A DNA stretch of 64,000 nucleotides from an uncultured Clostridia bacterium. GTDB lineage: Bacteria; Bacillota; Clostridia; Christensenellales; Aristaeellaceae. The notes under the pieces were generated by a model that was given only the letters and a program-made list of their open reading frames with translations, made no database searches and was not told the origin of the DNA. Made by a program: the position numbers and the translations under genes. The stretch lies in the NCBI GenBank assembly GCA_946411525.1, contig CAMKEI010000003.1, positions 31,892 to 95,891 of the forward strand, written 5' to 3'. Shown here piece by piece: positions 58,007 to 64,000 of the stretch (position 1 is the stretch's first letter; each line of letters starts with the position of its first letter).

Positions 58007-59647
58007 GGAGTAAACCTGGGCTTCGATTGTGGTACGGCCGCGGAAATCGTTGAAGACGGGACGGTAGAGCAGGTCAAGCTTCCGTGGATTTTCGTCCGCG
58101 ACTTCTCCCGCACCAAAGGCGATGGCGTCCACAACGGAAGGACCTTCGTCGAGGACTGTAAGCTTCAGGTGGGAACCGTCCTTTCCGACCCGGCGGATGG
58201 ACTGGACTTCAGCATCCCGGAGCAGGAAAAGCGGCGCGGGATTGCCGCAGCCGGAAGGTTCCAGCCGGGAGAGCCAGTCCATGGATTCCGGCGTCCAGGT
58301 GCGGAAGGGAACGGACAGATCATATTCCGCGGCAGGAAGGAAAGCCTCATCCGGCGCGGCGACGGAAATCACTTTCTCCAGGCGTTCGCGGAGCAGGGGA
58401 ATGTTTTCCGTCTTTACAGTGAGACCGGCGGCCTGCTCATGGCCGCCGAAACGCTCAAGCAGGTCGGCGCAATCCGAAAGCATCCGGTAAATGCTGATTC
58501 CGGGAATCGACCGGCAGGAACCGACAGCGGTATCGCCGTGGACGCTGAGGGCAACCGCGGGAAGATGAAAGCGTTCGCACAGGCGGCCGGCGGCCAGGCC
58601 GATGAGCCCAGGATTCCAGTCCTCCCCGGAAACGAAGATAACATGGGCGTCCGCGAGGGTTTCCAGATCCAGCTGGGAAAGTGCGTCGGCGGTCATTTCC
58701 CGTTCAAAGCGCTGGCGGGTGCGGTTGGCTTCCTCCAACAGAGCGGCAATATTCTCCGCTTTGGCAGAGTCCGGGGTCAGCAACAGGTGAACGCCGAGTT
58801 TCGCGTCACCCAGACGGCCTGCCGCATTCAGCCGCGGGCCGATCCGGAAGGCCAGATCATCCGAAGAAAAGGGCGGCCTGATTCCGGCAGCGGAAAAAAG
58901 CGCCTTCAGACCGGGACGGGCAGTGGTTTCCAGGCGCCTGAGGCCTTCCCGGACAATGATCCGGTTCTCCCCCTGAAGCGGGACGATATCGGCAACGGTG
59001 GCGATGGCGGCGAGATCCAGACGTTTTTCGAGACCTGCCAAGCCCTGGAGGGCCTGGCAGATTTTGAGCGCCACGCCGGCGCCGCACAGGTACGGACAAG
59101 GATAATCACCAAGAAGCGGATCCATGACTACATCCGCCGGGGGAAGGATTTCCGGAGGCCGGTGGTGATCCGTAACGATGACCGTGAGGCCGAGCTCCTT
59201 CGCGAGGACAACTTCCTCCGTATTGGAGACACCGCAGTCAACGGTAATGAGGAGCTGTGCTTTTCGTGCGATCTCCCGGACAGCGTCCGGATTCAGGCCG
59301 TACCCTTCGGAGTGGCGGGACGGGATACGGTAAGCGAGGGAAGCGCCTTTTTCATGAAGGGTTTCAAGCAGAATGGAGGCGGCGCAGACGCCGTCGGCGT
59401 CGTAATCGCCGTAGACCATGACCGTTTTTTTCTCCAAAATTGCGGCGTTTAAAAGATCAACTGTCTCCCGCATGCCGGGAAGCAGGAACGGATCGTGGAG
59501 ATCTTTCAGGGACGGATTCAGAAAACGGCCGGCTTCCTCATCGGTCCCGACTCCGCGGGCGCGGAGCAGCGCGGAAAACCAGTCCGGAAGACCGCGGAAA
59601 GAAGGACCGTCCTGAACACAACGCTGAATGAAACGGGTATGCGTCAT
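57989..59647 (-). CDS. recJ: Single-stranded-DNA exonuclease RecJ
   Basis: YGDYDADG, EGYG, ITVDCG, TDHH, TVADIVPL..ENR, PRLNAAGR, GSCRS, GGHEQAAG. Confidence 0.96.
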   Translation of the reverse strand: MTHTRFIQRCVQDGPSFRGLPDWFSALLRARGVGTDEEAGRFLNPSLKDLHDPFLLPGMRETVDLLNAAILEKKTVMVYGDYDADGVCAASILLETLHEKGASLAYRIPSRHSEGYGLNPDAVREIARKAQLLITVDCGVSNTEEVVLAKELGLTVIVTDHHRPPEILPPADVVMDPLLGDYPCPYLCGAGVALKICQALQGLAGLEKRLDLAAIATVADIVPLQGENRIIVREGLRRLETTARPGLKALFSAAGIRPPFSSDDLAFRIGPRLNAAGRLGDAKLGVHLLLTPDSAKAENIAALLEEANRTRQRFEREMTADALSQLDLETLADAHVIFVSGEDWNPGLIGLAAGRLCERFHLPAVALSVHGDTAVGSCRSIPGISIYRMLSDCADLLERFGGHEQAAGLTVKTENIPLLRERLEKVISVAAPDEAFLPAAEYDLSVPFRTWTPESMDWLSRLEPSGCGNPAPLFLLRDAEVQSIRRVGKDGSHLKLTVLDEGPSVVDAIAFGAGEVADENPRKLDLLYRPVFNDFRGRTTIEAQVYSINSES

Positions 59648-59671
59648 GGGTGCCTCCTTTCACAAGGAATG

Positions 59672-59702
59672 AAAGAGAGGGACTGCACGGTCGCAGTCCC
59701 TC
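59672..59702 (-). terminator. Hairpin after secF
   Basis: GAGGGACTGC-acggtc-GCAGTCCCTC with a pyrimidine tail on the minus strand. Confidence 0.65.
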
Positions 59703-59716
59703 CCTAAGATGCGGAA

Positions 59717-60610
59717 TCAGGCCTTGGCTTTGCGGCTGCGGCGCTTTTCCTCCAGGAACGCCCAGACATAACCGTTGATCATGTTGGCGCTGTATACACC
59801 GGAGAGGATACCGACGATGATCGGCAGCGCAAACTCGCGGATGGAGGCGACGCCCAGTACGCACAGCGCCACAATGGTGATCAGGGTGGTGACAGTGGTG
59901 CAGATGGTACGGCCCAGGCTCTCCCTGATGGAGATATTGGTGACCTCTTCACGAGCGACAGCCGGCATCTTTTTCGCGTTTTCACGGATGCGGTCGAAGA
60001 TAACGATGGTGTTGTTGATGGAATAGCCGACGATGGTCAGCGCCGCGGCGATGAACGAGGAGTTCATCTGTATTACGGAGCGGAAAATGACCATAAAGGA
60101 GAGCATAATCAGCACGTCATGCAGCAGACCGAACACCGCGGCAATACCGGAGTTCAGATCAAACCGGATGGCGATGTAGACCAGCATCAGGACGGCGGCC
60201 AGCAGCACGGAAATGACCGCGTTCTTGACCAGGGTCGCACCGGCTACGGGGCCGACGTAATTTACGTCACCGACGGAAACGGCTTCCGGATAGTCCTTTC
60301 TGATATTCTCTTCGAATTCAGCCTGGACTTTCTGGATGTCGTCCTTGGAGACGTCCTTGATGCGGATAACAGCTTCATTGCTGTCACGGCCCTGCACAGT
60401 GACGGTGCTCGATTTGATGCCCATACCGTCGAGGACCGCGGACACGGTGGCGGAAGAGACGGCAGTCTTCATGTCGTACTGCATGGAAAGGCCACCCTCA
60501 AAATCAATGCCCAGATTGATGCCGTGACCGAAGATAGTCAGCAGCAGGGCGACGAGGATGATCGCGCCGGAGACGATCAGGCAGATTTTGGAACGATTCT
60601 TGATCTCCAT
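59717..60610 (-). CDS. secF: Protein translocase subunit SecF
   Basis: NLGIDFEGG, VGP..G..L, YIAIRF, HDVLI, GYSINNTIVIFDRIRE. Confidence 0.95.
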   Translation of the reverse strand: MEIKNRSKICLIVSGAIILVALLLTIFGHGINLGIDFEGGLSMQYDMKTAVSSATVSAVLDGMGIKSSTVTVQGRDSNEAVIRIKDVSKDDIQKVQAEFEENIRKDYPEAVSVGDVNYVGPVAGATLVKNAVISVLLAAVLMLVYIAIRFDLNSGIAAVFGLLHDVLIMLSFMVIFRSVIQMNSSFIAAALTIVGYSINNTIVIFDRIRENAKKMPAVAREEVTNISIRESLGRTICTTVTTLITIVALCVLGVASIREFALPIIVGILSGVYSANMINGYVWAFLEEKRRSRKAKA

Positions 60611-61932
60611 TACGCTTCAACCTCCTTTTCGTCAGCCTTCACTTTTGTATAAAGGGAAACATTGGTGGCACCGGCGTTCACAAAACGGTTCATGAGGAAG
60701 CGGGTGACCATGATTGCGGTGAACATGGACACAACCACGCCAAGCAGCAGGGTCTTGGCGAAGCCCTGGATGGAACCGGTACCGAAGAACAGCAGCACGA
60801 TAGCTGCGATCAGGGTGGTGACGTTGGCGTCCAGAATGGCGGACATGGCGTTTTTGAAGCCGGCGCGGACGGAGGCTTTCACGCTGCGGCCCTTGCGGAC
60901 TTCTTCGTTGAAGCGCTCGAAGATGATGACGTTCGCGTCAACCGCCATACCGATGCCCAGGACCACGCCGGCCAGGCCGGGCAGGGTCAGCTGGATATGG
61001 AACAGGGCAATAAGCATGAACAGCAGGATCGTGTAGATGGTCAGAGCCCAGGAAGCGATAAGGCCGTTCAGGCGGTACCGGACGATCATGAGGACCATAA
61101 TCAGCAGGATGCCGATGAGGGCGGCGCGCACTGAGGAGGACACGGCGTCCTGGCCCAGGGTGGCGGACACCTTGTCGACCTTCTGCTGCGTCAGCTCCAG
61201 CGGAAGGGCGCCGGACTGGATCTTGGCGGCAATGGTGGTGGCGCGTTCCGCGCTGCCCAGGCCGTTGATAACACCGGAGCCGTTGGTAATCGCGCTCTGC
61301 ACGGTGGGAGCGATCAGCTGCTCACCGTCGAGGTAGATGGCGATGGTTTTGCCGATGCTGGCGGCGGTCATATCCCCGAACACCCGGGTGCCCTCATCGG
61401 TCAGGGTAAAGGCGATCTGATGGTCGCCCTCGGAATAGTAGTAGGTAGCGGTTTTGACCATATCGCCGGTCATGAAGACTTCGCCGTCCGGACTGTAGAA
61501 CTCCAGCTTGGCGGCGGCACCAATCAGGTCCAGAACCGTGTCGTCCTGCACATCCGGGATTTCCACGCGGATACCGTCGTTTCCGAGCTTCTGGACGTTG
61601 GCTTCGGTGAAGCCCTTGTCGGTCAGGCGCTCGCGGATGATGGACATGGTTCCTTCGACCAGTTCTTCAAAGTTCGCGGTGGAACCTTCCGGAGCCTTGC
61701 CGGAGTATTCCACATACATACCGCCCCGCAGGTCGAGACCCAGGGACAGGGATTGAGGCCAGTTTTCAGAGTTGGTGGTGGGCAGCCAGGACAGAACCTT
61801 ATACAGGCCCCGCGGCGGCAGGCTCAGCCCCGTGACGCCGATTACGCCGAGCGCAATGGTGATCACGAGCAGCACACACAGCGCGATGATGGCCCCGGTT
61901 TTGCCGCCAACGCGCTTTTTGCCGGATTTCAT
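60610..61932 (-). CDS. secD: Protein translocase subunit SecD
   Basis: LGLDLRGG, IRVEIP, AIYLD, SGALP, LTLPGLAG..LGIGMAVDANVIIFER, DANVTT, GFA. Confidence 0.96.
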   Translation of the reverse strand: MKSGKKRVGGKTGAIIALCVLLVITIALGVIGVTGLSLPPRGLYKVLSWLPTTNSENWPQSLSLGLDLRGGMYVEYSGKAPEGSTANFEELVEGTMSIIRERLTDKGFTEANVQKLGNDGIRVEIPDVQDDTVLDLIGAAAKLEFYSPDGEVFMTGDMVKTATYYYSEGDHQIAFTLTDEGTRVFGDMTAASIGKTIAIYLDGEQLIAPTVQSAITNGSGVINGLGSAERATTIAAKIQSGALPLELTQQKVDKVSATLGQDAVSSSVRAALIGILLIMVLMIVRYRLNGLIASWALTIYTILLFMLIALFHIQLTLPGLAGVVLGIGMAVDANVIIFERFNEEVRKGRSVKASVRAGFKNAMSAILDANVTTLIAAIVLLFFGTGSIQGFAKTLLLGVVVSMFTAIMVTRFLMNRFVNAGATNVSLYTKVKADEKEVEA

Positions 61933-61968
61933 GACAATCGTTTCCTCCTTCGAAACACAGATGAAGAT

Positions 61969-61997
61969 ATTATAATCGCCTGACGGTTTTCCGTCAA
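61969..61997 (-). promoter_or_regulatory. Putative secD promoter
   Basis: TTGACG-N17-TATAAT on the minus strand. Confidence 0.75.
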
Positions 61998-62037
61998 GCG
62001 AAATTCAAGGAAAATCAAGGGAAAGAACGGGGAAAGG

Positions 62038-62841
62038 TCAGTTCAGATACATGCCGGGGAAGAGCATATTCACGCCCAGTACCGTGGCGTTGAAATCCGC
62101 CGCCAGACGCTGCTGGGGCAGACTTCGGGACATGATACGCGTGGTGATACGGGTAACTCCCTCGGCGGCCATGATCGCCATCATCCGGTGGAGAAGCGCC
62201 TTGCCCATTCCCTGGTTCCGGCTGCCCGGCTCGATATAGATCGCGACCAGCTCGCAGTCACTGCCCTGGCCGGCCATGATCACTTCGCCGATGAGCACAG
62301 CGTTGCGGTACAGGCCGAGGGTCATGAAGTGAGGCATACGCTGGAGTGAATTGAGATACTTCATATCGACGAAGGAGATTTCGTTCATCTGGAGGCGGTA
62401 GATGAGACTGTTCTGCTCGTCCCAGGTATTCAGGGGCGTAGGCGCGACGGTGCAGCTCATCGGAATGCGGCCGTCCCCGAAGGGAATGGCCAACTGGAGT
62501 ATTTCATCGGACTCGCTGCAGTCAAAGCCGTTATGCACATAGAAGTCCTTCATCTGGATATCGGCCGGGTCGATGCTTGTATATAGGCGGCAGCGCATCT
62601 GGGGATTGACGTTCTGAAGAATACGCGCACGGGCGACCAGGGCTCCGAAGAGCAGATAACGGGATGCGGGATCACCCGCAATCGAAAAATACAGGTTGAC
62701 AGGACAGTCCGGATAAAGACCGGGCTGCAGCTGATAGAGGATAAAACCGTAACCGGTCTGGGCGCCGAGGTCATCGACGGCATAAAACACATCTTCCGGA
62801 TTCAGCCCGTTGACGGGCTGCTGGGGATGCACGATCGTCAT
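62038..62841 (-). CDS. GNAT family N-acetyltransferase (probably tandem domains)
   Basis: C-terminal IYIEPGSRNQGMGKALL motif A; N-half ends in FYVHNGF; AAGGAG RBS. Confidence 0.75.
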   Translation of the reverse strand: MTIVHPQQPVNGLNPEDVFYAVDDLGAQTGYGFILYQLQPGLYPDCPVNLYFSIAGDPASRYLLFGALVARARILQNVNPQMRCRLYTSIDPADIQMKDFYVHNGFDCSESDEILQLAIPFGDGRIPMSCTVAPTPLNTWDEQNSLIYRLQMNEISFVDMKYLNSLQRMPHFMTLGLYRNAVLIGEVIMAGQGSDCELVAIYIEPGSRNQGMGKALLHRMMAIMAAEGVTRITTRIMSRSLPQQRLAADFNATVLGVNMLFPGMYLN

Positions 62842-62869
62842 GGCGGTTACTCCTTTCAGGAATCCATTT

Positions 62870-62898
62870 ATTATACCGGCTTTGAATCAGGATGTCAA
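62870..62898 (-). promoter_or_regulatory. Consensus sigmaA promoter of the GNAT gene
   Basis: TTGACA-N17-TATAAT on the minus strand. Confidence 0.8.
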
Positions 62899-62902
62899 AA
62901 AC

Positions 62903-62931
62903 TTGCCATGACGGAAGAAAGTAAGTATAAT
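62903..62931 (+). promoter_or_regulatory. Putative ppiB promoter (divergent)
   Basis: TTGCCA-N17-TATAAT. Confidence 0.7.
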
Positions 62932-63060
62932 AAACATGTTTTCCGTGAAGACGGACAGGAACGGATTTCCCTTCGCGGGTGTACGAAGCAGCCGCGGCGG
63001 AAACGGCATCAGAAGGTTGAACGGCATCAGGGCAGAGCTCTGAGAGGAGGTTTTCCGGAC

Positions 63061-63579
63061 ATGGCACAGAATCCTGTGTTTACCATTACAATGAGTGACG
63101 GGCGCGAAATGAAAGGTGAACTGTACCCGGACGTCGCTCCGCAGTCGGTAGGCAACTTCATCGCGCTGGCCAACAGCGGTTTTTACGATGGGCTGACGTT
63201 TCATCGTGTGATTCCCGGATTCATGATCCAGGGCGGCGATCCCAAGGGCATCGGTATCGGCGGACCGGGATACTGCATTAAAGGCGAGTTTTCCATGAAC
63301 GGGGTGGACAACCCCCTGAAGCACACCTACGGCGTGCTGAGCATGGCCCGCAGCATGATGCCCGATTCCGCGGGAAGCCAATTCTTCATCATGACCAGCG
63401 ACAGCCCCCACCTGGACGGCCAATACGCAGCTTTCGGCAAGGTGCTGGAGGGAATGGAGGTCGCGGAAGACATCGTGAAGACGAAGCGGGACGCTTCTGA
63501 CAGACCGCTTGAACCGCAGGTGATGGCATCAATCCGGGTGGAAACGTTCGGGCGGTGTTATCCCTTCGAGCAGATCTGA
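63061..63579 (+). CDS. ppiB: Cyclophilin-type peptidyl-prolyl isomerase
   Basis: FYDGLTFHRVIPGFMIQGGDP, LSMAR, SAGSQFFI, HLDGQYAAFG; GAGGAGG RBS. Confidence 0.95.
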   Translation: MAQNPVFTITMSDGREMKGELYPDVAPQSVGNFIALANSGFYDGLTFHRVIPGFMIQGGDPKGIGIGGPGYCIKGEFSMNGVDNPLKHTYGVLSMARSMMPDSAGSQFFIMTSDSPHLDGQYAAFGKVLEGMEVAEDIVKTKRDASDRPLEPQVMASIRVETFGRCYPFEQI

Positions 63580-63593
63580 GGCTGATCCTGTCG

Positions 63594-63627
63594 GCGCGGA
63601 AAGGGCGAGACCCTTTCTGCGCTTTTT
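63594..63627 (+). terminator. Terminator after ppiB
   Basis: GCGCGGAAAGGG-cgaga-CCCTTTCTGCGC-TTTTT. Confidence 0.8.
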
Positions 63628-63654
63628 AACGCTGACGAGAAAGCGGGGAAAGAG

Positions 63655-63924
63655 ATGGAAAAGCAAAAAATCACCGTGACAGTGGCGGGGAAGAACTATA
63701 CTCTGGTATCCGGAGATCCGCCTGCTTACGTGAAGCGGGTGGCGGCATTTGTGGACCGGAAACTGAGCGAAACTGCGGCGGTCACCAACCTGCCCTCCGG
63801 GCAGGCCGCGGTGCTGACCTGTTTTAACCTGGCGGAGGACCTGCTGAAGGCGCAGGATGAGAACGCGATGCTTCGCAGGCAGACGGAACAGCTGGCAAGA
63901 GCCGTGAGGATTCAGAATTCATAA
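63655..63924 (+). CDS. zapA: Cell division protein ZapA
   Basis: ITVTVAGKNYTL...YVKRVAAFVDRKL...AAVLTCFNLAEDL, then coiled coil. Confidence 0.88.
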   Translation: MEKQKITVTVAGKNYTLVSGDPPAYVKRVAAFVDRKLSETAAVTNLPSGQAAVLTCFNLAEDLLKAQDENAMLRRQTEQLARAVRIQNS

Positions 63925-63936
63925 TACACAATAAAG
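63909..63936 (+). repeat. Heptamer tandem array
   Basis: gattcag-aattcat-aatacac-aataaag. Confidence 0.7.
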
Positions 63937-64000
63937 GACGTTTTATGACAGCCTGAGATTATCCGGGCTGATACCGCAATTCACGAATGACCGGCAGGGC

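Noticed and set aside
63945-64000. Start of a further gene after zapA
   Set aside because: ATG at 63945 hits a stop after three codons; the remaining sequence is too short to call

Overview
GC-rich Bacillota (Clostridia-type) chromosomal window made up mostly of housekeeping genes. A Christensenellales-like lineage is plausible, but this is inference only. Main blocks: mrp, proS, plsX-acpP-rnc; two convergent cell-wall proteins (SH3 + 5x PG-binding + unannotated His/Cys domain, and a YkuD L,D-transpeptidase); asnA; pth-mfd-lspA-rluD; GT-C/rmlD; aspartate kinase; recD2-comF; His-less HPr; purR with a PurBox pair; yggS-sepF-divIVA; glpK-pgsA-rph/rdgB fusion; DUF853 ATPase + repeat protein + mscL + pduL; SAM-I riboswitch-metK; rpmH-rnpA-yidD-yidC-jag (not next to dnaA or mnmE)-serS-ftsY-glyQS; MBL-dtd; secD-secF-recJ-relA-hemZ on the minus strand; GNAT, ppiB, zapA. 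I saw no tRNA, rRNA, CRISPR array, transposase, integrase or prophage. The most unusual observations are: (1) a candidate divergent L,D-transpeptidase-like domain; (2) a DUF853/YjgR ATPase whose typical C-terminal tail seems to sit on a separate repeat-rich protein; (3) same-polarity AATTCA(T/G) heptamer arrays at about 10 gene junctions, several supplying start or stop codons; (4) an exported-domain/O-antigen-ligase-like fusion among scattered glycosylation genes. All family calls come from motif recognition by eye; no database searches were run.
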